Origin: an uncultured Actinomycetes bacterium
GTDB taxonomy: Bacteria; Actinomycetota; Acidimicrobiia; IMCC26256; DASPTH01
DNA length: 64,000 nt
Direction of reading: 5' to 3'
NCBI GenBank assembly: GCA_963720765.1
Contig: CAVRGS010000013.1
Span: forward strand, 342,071 to 406,070
Part shown: in pieces, positions 50,580-62,037 of the stretch
Position numbering within the stretch: position 1 is the stretch's first letter
Layout: each line of letters starts with the position of its first letter
Position numbers and translations under genes: made by a program
Notes under the pieces: generated by a model
The model's input: the letters and a program-made list of their open reading frames with translations, nothing else
The model's database searches: none
What the model was told of the DNA's origin: nothing

Positions 50580-51332
50580 TCAGGCGTTGACCGAGACCGG
50601 GGTGCCGAGCGGCAACTGCTTGGCCAGCATGGTGATGGCGTCGTTGTCCATGCGGATGCAGCCGTGAGTCGCGTTCTTGCCGAGCACGGACGCGTCGTCG
50701 TTGCCGTGGATGCCGACCTCGGCATCACCACCCGCGAACGAGTCGAGGGTCTCGGAGTGGCTCGACAACCCATATGCGTACGGTCCGTACACCGTGTTCG
50801 GATCGGGTGCCTGCAACAGCACCCGCAGGTAGTACTCGCCGGTGGGGGTGGGCGTCGGCTTGCCCACGTCGGGCAGCGGCGGATCCGTGGCACCGACCGC
50901 GACCGGCCCGGTGTAGACGACGTCATCGCCCTTGTTCACGGTGATGGTGTGGTCACCGAGCCGTACGACGATGCGGTACGGATTCGGGGTGAGCGTGACG
51001 TCGGCCTTCTTCACCCACCCGGTGCTCCCGTTGGGTCGCACGGGCAGCAACACCTGGACCCAGCCGTCGGGGCGCTGCTGCTTCACCAGGAACACCTGCG
51101 GCACCTTCGACGTGGGAACGGTCGGGTCGTACAGCCACGGATTGTCGAACTGGCGCGTCGCGGTCGTGCCCGCCGGCTCGTCGTAGACGTCGACCTCGGA
51201 GATCTCGGGCTTCACCGTCGCGATGTACGACGTGTTGCTCGACGGCGGGGGGACGGTGGCCGCGGGTGCAGTGGTGGACACCGGCTTCTTGCCGAGCGTG
51301 GCCGCGTCGCCTCCACCGCAACCGACGAGCAC
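50580..51332 (-). CDS. L,D-transpeptidase (YkuD domain), probable lipoprotein whose signal peptide is disrupted
   Basis: The catalytic motif is HGNDDASVLGKNATHGCIRM. The literal start (GTG at 51332) gives MLVGCGGG, a lipobox with no signal h-region. Another frame upstream reads VLRRFRTASLCFIA from a GTG at 51385, suggesting an indel near 51345. Confidence 0.8.
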   Translation of the reverse strand: MLVGCGGGDAATLGKKPVSTTAPAATVPPPSSNTSYIATVKPEISEVDVYDEPAGTTATRQFDNPWLYDPTVPTSKVPQVFLVKQQRPDGWVQVLLPVRPNGSTGWVKKADVTLTPNPYRIVVRLGDHTITVNKGDDVVYTGPVAVGATDPPLPDVGKPTPTPTGEYYLRVLLQAPDPNTVYGPYAYGLSSHSETLDSFAGGDAEVGIHGNDDASVLGKNATHGCIRMDNDAITMLAKQLPLGTPVSVNA

Positions 51333-51417
51333 GAGCGCGAGCGCGCGATGAAGCAGAGGGAGGCGGTCCTGAAGCGGCGGAGCACGGGGGCGAGGTTATC
51401 GGCGGATACGGGCTACG

Positions 51418-52047
51418 GTGCCGCACGTGGCGCGCCGGGCAGTGGTCGACGGGACGGCGGCGCTCGTTCGCCAGGCACCCGAGTTCGCGCCGTACGTCGA
51501 CGCGCACGGCCCCGCTGAGCTGCGTCGAGCGCGACCCCGGCGGACGCACTTCGCGGAGCTGGCCAGAGCGATCTGCTTCCAGCAGTTGGCGGGCGCTGCA
51601 GCGCGCACCATCCACACCCGCTTCGTCGCCGCGCTCGATGGCGACGTGACCCCTGAGGCGGTGCTGGCGCTCCCGGTGGAGACGATGCGTGCCGCGGGCC
51701 TGTCGGGCAACAAGACCGCGTCCATCCGCGATCTGGCCGAGAAGGTGCTCGCCGGCGACGTCGAGCTCGACCGGGTGGCCAAGCTGTCCGACGACGAGAT
51801 CGTGGGCGAGCTCACGCTGGTGCGGGGCATCGGCCGATGGACCGCCGAGATGTTCCTGATGTTCCAGCTCGGCCGACTCGACGTGTGGCCGGTCGGTGAT
51901 CTCGGCGTGCGCAAGGGATATGCCGTGATCCACGGCTGGTCCGCCATGCCCACCCCGAAGGTGCTCGAGGTGCTCGGCGAGCCGCTGCGACCGTATCGCT
52001 CGCTGGCGGCGTGGTACTGCTGGCGCGCCGCCGACACGCAGCTCTGA
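51418..52047 (+). CDS. DNA-3-methyladenine glycosylase II-like (HhH-GPD, AlkA family)
   Basis: The HhH is LVRGIGRWTAEMFLMF, followed by WPVGDLGVRKG (catalytic Asp context). GTG start. Confidence 0.8.
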   Translation: MPHVARRAVVDGTAALVRQAPEFAPYVDAHGPAELRRARPRRTHFAELARAICFQQLAGAAARTIHTRFVAALDGDVTPEAVLALPVETMRAAGLSGNKTASIRDLAEKVLAGDVELDRVAKLSDDEIVGELTLVRGIGRWTAEMFLMFQLGRLDVWPVGDLGVRKGYAVIHGWSAMPTPKVLEVLGEPLRPYRSLAAWYCWRAADTQL

Positions 52048-52065
52048 CCGCGGTCAACGATCATC

Positions 52066-53727
<1,662 letters not shown>

Positions 53728-53841
53728 CCGAACCGGCTCACCGGAGCGGGCGATCTCGATTCGTGACGTCACTCCGCCCCCGCAGGGGACGACGACGGCC
53801 CCGTGAGCGCGCACGGCGAGCCCCGCTGATGGAGCCGCCGA

Positions 53842-54826
53842 TCAGCAGCCGCCACCCCATGGGCCCGTGCCCTGCCACTGGTACAGCACCCAGGCCATCT
53901 CGTCCTGGTCGTAGGGCGAGGCCAGGTTGGGTGGCACGCCGACGAGGTCGGACCGGCCCGCGTGCGCTGCGGTGACGTTCCAGGTGGCCTGCAGGAACTG
54001 GTAGGCGCCGAGGTAGGGACCGGACGGGTTCACCACGCCGTAGTTGCCCCCGCTCTCCCGCTGGCGCACGCAGCTGAGGAACGGATCGTCGTGGTGCGGG
54101 CTGACCCCGGGCGTTCCCGAGTAGTCGGGAGGTGGGGGAGGTGTGCTCGGCGCGGGCACCGTCGTGGTGGTGGTCGGTGCGGCCGCCGCGGGCGCGGTGC
54201 CCGTCGTCGTCGTGGTGGTGGTCTCGGCTGCCTTGGCTGCGGCAGCCTGCGCGGCTGCCGCTTGCACCTGCTCCTGGGCCTCGGCCTGGGCGAGCTTGGC
54301 GTCGATCGCCGCGCCCTGAGCCTTCAGCTGGGCGAGCGCGTCGGCCTGCGCCTGACGGGTGTCGCGCAACTCCTGCTCCTGCTTGTGGAGCGCACGCGTC
54401 GCCTTGTGCAACGCGGCGTAGACGTCCTGGTCGTGCGCGTTCACCTGGTCGATGAGGTGCGCTCGACGCGCAGCCTCGAGCGTGTCGTTGCCGTCGACCA
54501 GTGTCGCGAGCTGCGTGCCCGCCGATGTGTACGCGACCAGCGCGCGTGGCGCGTGCAGCCTCGCGCGCAGCCCTGGCGCGCGCGAGCAGGTCGTCGCGCT
54601 GTTGTTCGCTGCGCGCGATGTCGTCGTCGAGCGAAGACACGCGCTCGAGCGCGGTGAAGTACTTCGACGACAGTGCATCGGCTTGCGCGCGCAGGTCACT
54701 CGCGGTGTTCGTGGTCTGCGCCTGCGCCTGCGCGAACGGGGCGAGCGCGATGCCGAGGGTGGCGCACAACGCCACGAGCACCCCGAGAACGAGCGCGCGC
54801 GAACCCGATTCACGGACCAGCGGCAT
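53842..54826 (-). CDS. Secreted coiled-coil protein with C-terminal transglycosylase-like domain, frame broken once (~54540)
   Basis: The ATG at 54826 gives MPLVRESGSRALVLGVLVALCATLGIALAPFAQA, followed by a coiled coil and a Thr/Pro linker. The C-terminus reads LSCVRQRESGGNYGVVNPSGPYLGAYQFLQATW (frame of 53842..55026). Confidence 0.7.
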
Positions 54827-54911
54827 CCCGACACGCTAGCGAGGGCACCGGCGGCGTGTCCGCAACGGCCCCGGACGAGCGCGAAGTCGCAGGTCAGAGC
54901 GGTTCGGTAGC

Positions 54912-55640
54912 GTGCATGCGGTGCCGGTCGAGCCGCCCCCCAGCCGATGGGAGCTGCCTGCACCGGCGCGGATGGCCGAAACGGCCGAAATCGCCGGCGT
55001 GGGCGCCGACCTCGCGCCCGGCACACTGCTCGCCGCGTACCGCCAGGGGCTGTTTCCCATGCGGTTGCAGGCGCGCGGGCCGCTCGGACCGGGGCCGCTG
55101 GGATGGTGGTCGCCCGATCCTCGGGGGATCATCCCGCTCGACGGCCTCCACGTCAGCCGATCGCTGCGACGTTCGCTGCGGTCGTTCGAGATCCGGGTCG
55201 ACACCGCGTTCGAGGACGTGATGCGCGGGTGCGCCGATCCGAAGCGCCCACACGGATGGATCGACAAGAAGTTCGTGGCTGCGTACGGCGAGCTGCATCG
55301 GCTCGGGTGGGCGCACAGCGTGGAGACGTGGCAGGTCGACGAGCACGGACGGGACGCGCTCGTCGGCGGTCTCTACGGCGTCGCCATCGGTGGACTGTTC
55401 GCGGCGGAGTCGAAGTTCCACCGCGTCACCGACGCGTCGAAGGTTGCGGTGGTCGCGCTCGTCGACCTCATGCGCACCGGTGGTGGCACGTTGCTCGACG
55501 TGCAGTGGACCACGCCGCACCTGTCCTCCCTCGGCGCGGTCGACGTGTCGCGAACGCACTACCTCGAACTGGTCGCGTCTGCGATCGCGGCACCGATGAT
55601 CACGACGTTTCCCGACCTGTCCGATTCACGCGGGCGATAG
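54912..55640 (+). CDS. aat: Leucyl/phenylalanyl-tRNA--protein transferase
   Basis: LLAAYRQGLFPM...WWSPDPRGIIPL...GLYGVAIGGLFAAESKFH. Intact. The exact start is uncertain. Confidence 0.85.
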   Translation: MHAVPVEPPPSRWELPAPARMAETAEIAGVGADLAPGTLLAAYRQGLFPMRLQARGPLGPGPLGWWSPDPRGIIPLDGLHVSRSLRRSLRSFEIRVDTAFEDVMRGCADPKRPHGWIDKKFVAAYGELHRLGWAHSVETWQVDEHGRDALVGGLYGVAIGGLFAAESKFHRVTDASKVAVVALVDLMRTGGGTLLDVQWTTPHLSSLGAVDVSRTHYLELVASAIAAPMITTFPDLSDSRGR

Positions 55641-55650
55641 CCTCCGCGTC

Positions 55651-56013
55651 ATGACTGACGACAACGTGGTCGTGTACCACAACCCGGTGTGCAGCAAGTC
55701 CCGCGGTGCGCTCGAGATCCTCGGTGAGCGCGGGATCGATGCCGAGGTCATCGAGTACCTGAAGGTGAACCCGAGTCGCACCGATCTCGAGCGGATCGTC
55801 GACTCGATCTCCGACGAGCCCGCCGCGCTCGTGCGCAAGGACAAGCGGTTCAAGGAGCTCGAGCTCGACGCGTCCGACTACACGACCCGCGACGAGGTGA
55901 TCGCGCTGCTGCTCGCGCATCCCGAGCTCATGGAACGTCCGGTCGTGTTCGTCGGTGAGCAGGCCGTCATCGCCCGTCCGAGTGAGCGGGTCCTCGAGCT
56001 CCTGGAGAGCTAG
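55651..56013 (+). CDS. arsC: ArsC family (glutaredoxin-type arsenate reductase-like) protein
   Basis: VVVYHNPVCSKSRGALEIL...IEYLKVNPSRTDL...HPELMERPVV is collinear with E. coli ArsC (IYHNPACGTSRNTLEMI...LINRPIV). Confidence 0.8.
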   Translation: MTDDNVVVYHNPVCSKSRGALEILGERGIDAEVIEYLKVNPSRTDLERIVDSISDEPAALVRKDKRFKELELDASDYTTRDEVIALLLAHPELMERPVVFVGEQAVIARPSERVLELLES

Positions 56014-58232
56014 ACCCCGACCGGGACCTTCGGTTCGGCCTCGATCGTGGCCTCGGGTGCGTCCTTCTCCCCTTCGATGTCGATGCGGGGGAGGAAACCG
56101 AGCCACTTCGGGAACCACCAGTTGGCGTCGCCGAGGATCTCCATGATCGACGGCACCAGCAGCATGCGCACGATGGTCGCATCGACGAGCACGGCGAACG
56201 CGAGACCGAGGCCGAACATCTTCACCTCGGGCGTCGGGTTCAAGACGAACGCCCCGAACACGAAGATCATGATCAGCGCCGCCGACGTGATGACGCGCGC
56301 GGTGCGGGCGAGTCCCTGGACGACACCCTGACGCGTGTCGCCGGTGCGGTCGTACTCCTCGCGGACGCGCGTGAGCAGGAACACCTGGTAGTCCATCGAG
56401 AGGCCGAAGAGGACGGCGAACATCATCATCGGCACGAACGGCACGATGGGCACCGTCGACTCGAGTCCCACGAGCCCCTTCGCCCAGCCCCACTGGAACA
56501 CCGCGACGGTCGCTCCGTAGGCGGCCGCGACCGACAGCAGGTTCATGATCGCGGCGGTGAGCGGGACGAGGATCGAGTGGAACACGAGCATGAGCAGCAG
56601 GAACGAGAGCAGCACGACCGCGCCGATGAAGTAGGGGAGTCGGCTGCTGATCCGATCGCCGATGTCGATGAACGCGGCGGTGACGCCACCCACGTAGGCC
56701 TGCGCGCCGCTGGTGCCGACTGCAGTCGGGATCACCGAGCTGCGCAGCGTCGAGACCAGGTCGGCGGTCTGCGCGCTGTCGGGTGCGGTCGTCGGCAGCA
56801 CGCCGATCTGCGCGACCGCGCCGTTCGGGCTGGTCTGCGCAGGGAGCACCGCCTTCACGCCGGGCGTCTTCTCGATCGCGCTCGAGATGTCGGCGAGCAC
56901 GGCGTCGTCACCCGCCGCGGGCAGTTGCACCACGACGAGCAGCGGCCCGTTGGTGCCGGGCCCGAAGCCTTGCGCCACGAGGTCGTAGGCCTGCCGCTGC
57001 GTCGTCGAGCGGGGCAGGTTGCCGTCATCGGACTCGCCGAGTCGCATCGAGAGGACCGGCCACGCGATGAGCAGGAGGATGATCACCGCGCCGATGGCGA
57101 AGGGCCACGCGTGGCTGGCGACGAGGGTGGCCCATCGCTCCCACACCGAGCCCTTGGGCGGTGCGGGGTCACGGCCCTCACGCACGGCGCGGTCGGGGTG
57201 GTGGATGAGGCTCGGCACCTTCCAACGGTCGATGCCGTGGCCGACGACGCCGATCACCGCGGGGAGCAACGTGAGCGCGGCGAGCATCATCACTGCGACG
57301 ACGAGGCCGGACATGTAGCCGAGTCGCGCGACGTACGGGATGCCCGAGATGACGAGTCCGCAGATCGCGATCACGACTGTCGTTCCGGCGAAGAGCACCG
57401 CGGAACCGGCGGTCGCGACCGAGCGGCCGACCGCGGCTTCGGTGTCGAGGCCGGCTGCGAGGTTCTCGCGGTAGCGCGTGACGATGAACAGGGAGTAGTC
57501 GATGCCGACGCCGAGCCCGATCATCGTGGCGAGCGTCGGTGCCACCGATCCGATCTCGGTGAACGACGCGATGATGCTCACCACCGAGAGACCCACGACG
57601 AGTCCGAAGACCGCGGTGAGGATCGGCAGGCCCATCGCCACCACCGAGCCGAAGGCGAACAACAGGATCACGACCGCGGCGAGCAGACCGATCAGGTCGG
57701 CGTTGCCCTGCGGCGGTTGGTCGGCGTAGTCGGTCACCGCGCCGCCGTACTGCACGTCGACGCCGGCGGTGGTGGCCGGCGCAGTCGCGGCTTCGATCTG
57801 CGTGAAGACGTCCTTCTGCAGCTCTTGTGCCTTGGTGTCGAACTGCACGGTGACGACCGCGATCTCGCCGCTCTTGGAGATGAACGCGCTGCCGACCGGC
57901 CCGTAGGGGTTGGTCACGCTCGTGACGTTCGGGATCTTCCCCAGCGCCGCCACGCTCGCGCTGATGGCGGGTTCGGCGGACGAGCTGGTGATGCCCTTGG
58001 GCGTCTCGAACACGACGAGCGCGTTGTCGCCCGCGGCGGCGGGGAAGTCCTTCTCGAGCAGGTCGAGCGCCGACTGCGACTGCGCATCGGGGATGCGGAA
58101 GTTGTCGCTGTACTGGCCGTCGAGCGCTCCTGCGAGCATCAGGATCGCGAGCGCGGCGACGATCCAGACGCCGATGAACCACCAGCGGTGACGAACCGCG
58201 CGTCGCCCGAGATGTTCCAGGAATCTCGACAC
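56010..58232 (-). CDS. MMPL family (RND superfamily) transporter
   Basis: The GTG at 58232 gives VSRFLEHLGRRAVRHRWWFIGVWIV... The product has 12 TM segments with two periplasmic loops and ..GLGVGIDYSLFIVTRYRE.. / ..LSMDYQVFLLTRVREE... Intact over 2.2 kb. Confidence 0.85.
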   Translation of the reverse strand: MSRFLEHLGRRAVRHRWWFIGVWIVAALAILMLAGALDGQYSDNFRIPDAQSQSALDLLEKDFPAAAGDNALVVFETPKGITSSSAEPAISASVAALGKIPNVTSVTNPYGPVGSAFISKSGEIAVVTVQFDTKAQELQKDVFTQIEAATAPATTAGVDVQYGGAVTDYADQPPQGNADLIGLLAAVVILLFAFGSVVAMGLPILTAVFGLVVGLSVVSIIASFTEIGSVAPTLATMIGLGVGIDYSLFIVTRYRENLAAGLDTEAAVGRSVATAGSAVLFAGTTVVIAICGLVISGIPYVARLGYMSGLVVAVMMLAALTLLPAVIGVVGHGIDRWKVPSLIHHPDRAVREGRDPAPPKGSVWERWATLVASHAWPFAIGAVIILLLIAWPVLSMRLGESDDGNLPRSTTQRQAYDLVAQGFGPGTNGPLLVVVQLPAAGDDAVLADISSAIEKTPGVKAVLPAQTSPNGAVAQIGVLPTTAPDSAQTADLVSTLRSSVIPTAVGTSGAQAYVGGVTAAFIDIGDRISSRLPYFIGAVVLLSFLLLMLVFHSILVPLTAAIMNLLSVAAAYGATVAVFQWGWAKGLVGLESTVPIVPFVPMMMFAVLFGLSMDYQVFLLTRVREEYDRTGDTRQGVVQGLARTARVITSAALIMIFVFGAFVLNPTPEVKMFGLGLAFAVLVDATIVRMLLVPSIMEILGDANWWFPKWLGFLPRIDIEGEKDAPEATIEAEPKVPVGV

Positions 58233-58362
58233 CGTTGCCCCTCCGGTCGGTGCCCATGGTGACACCGTTCTCCAGTGTTTCGGCGCACCCTGGGCACCGC
58301 TTGATGCACAACTGGCTCGGTTGATGCGGAACCGGGGGCGCCGCCCGTGCGACCATGAGCCC

Positions 58363-59140
58363 GTGCAGGCGGAGTACGTGGACCTTCCCCGGAGCGGGCG
58401 GGTCTTCCGCGCCTCGCGGCGGGTGCACCTCGGTGATGTCGATGCCACGGGCACCGTCCGGCTCGAGGCGCTGGCGCGATTCCTCCAGGACGTCGCCACC
58501 GACGACGCCGACGACGCCGACCTGTCGGAGGCGCGCGGCGTGTGGGTGCTGCGCTCGAGTGACCTCGAGATCGTGGCGCCGCCCGTCTACCACGAGGGTG
58601 TCGAGCTCGCGACGTTCTGCAGTGGCACCGGTCCACGCTGGGCGGAACGACGCACGCGCGTCGTCGGCGATCTCGGCGGGTTCGTCGAGACGGCGGGTCT
58701 GTGGGTGTTCGTCGACCGCGACACCGGCCGCCCGCTCGCGCTCGACGACGACTTCCACGTGCGCTACGCCGAGTCGGCCGATGGTCGTCGCGTGCGCGGG
58801 CGCCTGGTCCACGACCCTCCGCCCGACGACGCGCAGTGGCGACCATGGCCGCTGCGCACGAGTGACTTCGACGTGCTCGACCACGTGAACAACGCGCGCT
58901 CGCTCGAGGCGGTCGAGGACGAGTTGGCGCGACGCCTGCCCGGGCGGATCCCGGTACGAGCGCGGATCGAATACCGCGGCACGCTCGAACGCGGTGACGC
59001 GGTCGCGCTCGGCAGCTCGATCCTCCGTGACGGGGAAGACGACGTGCTCGCGGTGTGGCTCGCGGTCGACGGCGAGGTACGGGTCTCCGCCACCGTGACC
59101 ACTGCGGGTCGCGGGTCGCGGGCCGGATCGCCGCCGCTGA
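58363..59140 (+). CDS. Acyl-ACP thioesterase-like (double hot-dog) protein; 3-prime end undefined
   Basis: ..RVHLGDVDATGTVRLEALARFLQDVA... and ..SDFDVLDHVNNARSLEAVEDE.. There is no in-frame stop before the epimerase. The next frame stops at 59138-59140. Confidence 0.6.
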
Positions 59141-59163
59141 TCGCCGCTGCCCGACCGCCCTCT

Positions 59164-60242
59164 GTGATCGCGAGGGCTGATCCTGGGGGCTCCTACACTG
59201 GCGGCGCTCTGGCCCCCTCATCGTTCGACGCCGTTTCCGGGCGCCGGTGCGTCGTCACCGGTGGACTCGGGTTCATCGGGGCCAACCTCGCGTTGGCCCT
59301 GGCCGAGGGGGGCGCCGACGTCACCGTGATCGACGCGCGCGTCACCCGCCACGGGGCCAACCCGTGGAACCTGGTGCCCGACGGTGACGAGGCCGGTGGT
59401 CGAGGGGAGGCCGACACCCGCATCGCGGTCGTGGAAGCCGACATCGGTGACACCGACCGTCCCGACGTGCGCGACGCCACGGTCGCGGCCGACGTGGTGT
59501 TCAACCTCGCTGGGCAGGTCAGCCACGTCGACTCCATGAGCGACCCGCTCTTCGATCTCGACGTGAACACGACGAGCCAGTTCCGCTACCTCGAGCTGCT
59601 CGGCGCGAGAACCCGAGCGCGACGGTCGTGTTCACGTCGACCCGCCAGATCTTCGGCAAGCCTCGCTACCTCCCGGTCGACGAAGACCATCCGGTCGCAC
59701 CGGTCGACGTCAACGGCATCACCAAGTACGCGACCGAACAGCTGCACCTGCTGTATCACGACGTGTACGGGCTCCGGTCCACCGCGGTTCGACTCACGAA
59801 CGTGTTCGGTCCGCGCCAGCGCCTGCGTGACGACCTGCAGGGGTTCCTCCCGATCTTCGTGCGGCGCGCACTCGCCGACGACGCCATCACGGTGTTCGGT
59901 CACGGCGAACAGCAGCGCGACTGCCTCTACGTCGACGACGTCGTCGAGTGCCTCTTGCTCGCGGCCACGTCGAACGACGCACCTGGCCAGATCTTCAACG
60001 TCGGCAACGACGAACGCCTCTCGTTGGGTGCGATCGCCGACGCCGTGGTCGCCGCCGCGGGGCAGGGGCGCGTCGACTACGTGCCGTGGCCACCAGACCG
60101 CGACGCCATCGACATCGGTTCCTACTTCGGTGACTCGTCGAAGGCGAAGCGCCTGCTCGGTTGGGAGCCGCGCACCACGTTTGCCGACGGCATCGCCCGC
60201 ACGCTCGCGTTCTACCGGGCGCGCGCGGCGTGGTACCTGTGA
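59164..60242 (+). CDS. NAD-dependent epimerase/dehydratase (extended SDR), frame broken once (~59605)
   Basis: The Rossmann motif is VVTGGLGFIGANLA. After the break, frame 59628..60242 reads ..VVFTSTRQIFG...NGITKYATEQ...RLTNVFGPRQ... The start (GTG at 59164) is a guess. Confidence 0.7.
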
Positions 60243-61300
60243 CAGCAGCGGTGTCGATTCCCGGGCCGAACCGCCGGATCCCTGTCGTCGACCTCTCCCG
60301 CAGGGCGGAGGCGCTCGAGCCCGAGCTCACCGACGCGGTCGCACGCGTCCTGCGCTCGGGGGCATATCTCTTCGGACCCGAGCTGACCGCGTTCGAGCGC
60401 GAGCTCGCCGCCTACACCGGTCGCGCGCACGCGGTCGGGGTGTCATCGGGCACTGACGCGTTGCGGCTCGCGCTCACCGCGCTCGGGATCGGCCCGGGCG
60501 ACGAGGTCCTCGTCCCCGCGTTCACCGCGGTGCCGACCGCGGCCGCGGTGTGCGCGACGGGGGCCGTACCGGTGTTCGTCGACGTGGAGCCCGACACCGC
60601 GACGCTCGACGCCGCCTCGACGAGCGCGGCGCTCACCGAGCGCACGCGCGCGGTGATCCCGGTGCACCTCTACGGCCGCCTCGCGGCGCTGCCCGACCTC
60701 GGCGTGCCGGTCGTCGAAGACGCCGCGCAGGCGTTCGGCGCACTCGAACCGGCTCGCGGGTCGGCCGCGGTCGCCTACAGCTTCTACCCGACGAAGAACC
60801 TCGGTGGCGTCACCGACGGGGGCGCGGTGGTGACCGACGACGGCGACCTCGCAGCGACGCTGCGCCTGCTGCGAGCCCACGGCCACGCCGGCGACTACGT
60901 GCACACGCTGGTGGCCACGAACGCGCGGCTGTCCGATGTGGCCGCGGCCGCCCTGCGCGTCGGGCTTCCCCGGGTCGATCGGGAGAACGCCCGCCGCCGG
61001 GAGATCGCGGCGCGGTATCGCGCCGCGGCGCCCGACCTCGGTTGGCAGGCCGAAGATCCACGGCACGTCTACCACCTCTGCGTCGCCCGGGTGCCCGATC
61101 GTGACGCCTTTCGGAACCGGGTCCCGTTCGACACCGGGGTGCACTACCCGCGAGCGCTGACCCAGCAGCCCGCGTACGAGCAGTTCGTGCGAGCACCGTG
61201 CCCGGAAGCCGAACGTTGGGCCGCGGAGTGCGTATCGTTCCCGTGCTTCCCCGAGATGACCGACGACGAGATCGAGGCGGTGTGTCAAGCCATCCGGTGA
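60239..61300 (+). CDS. DegT/DnrJ/EryC1/StrS family sugar aminotransferase
   Basis: The GTG at 60239 overlaps the upstream stop (GTGA). It has ..GVSSGTDALRLAL.., ..VVEDAAQAFGA.. and the PLP-lysine context SFYPTKNLG. Intact. Confidence 0.85.
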   Translation: MTAAVSIPGPNRRIPVVDLSRRAEALEPELTDAVARVLRSGAYLFGPELTAFERELAAYTGRAHAVGVSSGTDALRLALTALGIGPGDEVLVPAFTAVPTAAAVCATGAVPVFVDVEPDTATLDAASTSAALTERTRAVIPVHLYGRLAALPDLGVPVVEDAAQAFGALEPARGSAAVAYSFYPTKNLGGVTDGGAVVTDDGDLAATLRLLRAHGHAGDYVHTLVATNARLSDVAAAALRVGLPRVDRENARRREIAARYRAAAPDLGWQAEDPRHVYHLCVARVPDRDAFRNRVPFDTGVHYPRALTQQPAYEQFVRAPCPEAERWAAECVSFPCFPEMTDDEIEAVCQAIR

Positions 61301-62037
61301 ACCCGGCAGTCGAGGCCCTCTCGGTCTTCTTCCCCTGTTACAACGACGAAGCAACCATCGCCCGCATGGTCGAGGTCGCGGTTGCCACCATCGGACGCAT
61401 CGGGGTCGAGGACGCGGAGGTCATCGTCGTCAACGACGGTTCGTCGGACCGTTCCGCCGCCATCCTCGACGAGCTGACGAGGCGCGAGCCGCGCCTGCGC
61501 GTCGTCACCCACGAGTCCAACCGCGGCTACGGCGGCGCGCTGCTGTCCGGGTTCGCGGCGTCGACGAAGCAGTGGGTCTTCTACACCGATGGCGACGCCC
61601 AGTTCGATCCCGCAGAGCTCGAGCTGCTCGTGCAGCGCGCGTCGGCCGAGGTCGACGTGGTCCAGGGGTACAAGCTCCGGCGCGCCGACGGCGTGCTACG
61701 GACGGTGATCGGGCGCGTGTACCACCGGTTCGTCAAGGTGATGTTCGGCCTCCACATCCGCGACACCGACTGCGACTTCCGGCTCATCCGGCGGAGTGCG
61801 CTCGACCGCGTGACCCTCGTGCACACCACCGGGGTGATCTGCGTGGAGCTGGTGCGCAAGCTGCAGGACACGGGAGCACGCTTCACCGAGGTCGGCGTGC
61901 ACCACTACCGCCGCGTGCACGGCACCTCGGAGTTCTTCCGCGTCGGGGCGATCGCGAGCACGCTGCTCGACCTGGCCGGGCTCTGGGTGCAGATGGTCGT
62001 GCTGCGGCGCGGCCGCACGAGATCGGTCAGCGCGTAG
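61297..62037 (+). CDS. Family 2 glycosyltransferase (polyprenyl-phosphate sugar transferase-like)
   Basis: The GTG at 61297 overlaps the upstream stop (GTGA). It has LSVFFPCYNDEATI, VVNDGSSD, NRGYGGAL and YTDGDAQFD (DxD). Intact. Confidence 0.8.
   Translation: MNPAVEALSVFFPCYNDEATIARMVEVAVATIGRIGVEDAEVIVVNDGSSDRSAAILDELTRREPRLRVVTHESNRGYGGALLSGFAASTKQWVFYTDGDAQFDPAELELLVQRASAEVDVVQGYKLRRADGVLRTVIGRVYHRFVKVMFGLHIRDTDCDFRLIRRSALDRVTLVHTTGVICVELVRKLQDTGARFTEVGVHHYRRVHGTSEFFRVGAIASTLLDLAGLWVQMVVLRRGRTRSVSA

Noticed and set aside
58321-60456. The 711-aa ORF as a single three-part protein.
   Set aside because: After about 59600 the translation turns to Arg/Ser/Thr junk, while the true epimerase continuation is in frame 59628..60242. 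The tail to 60456 is out of frame with the aminotransferase gene. Only the thioesterase-epimerase junction remains an open question and is reported as a finding.
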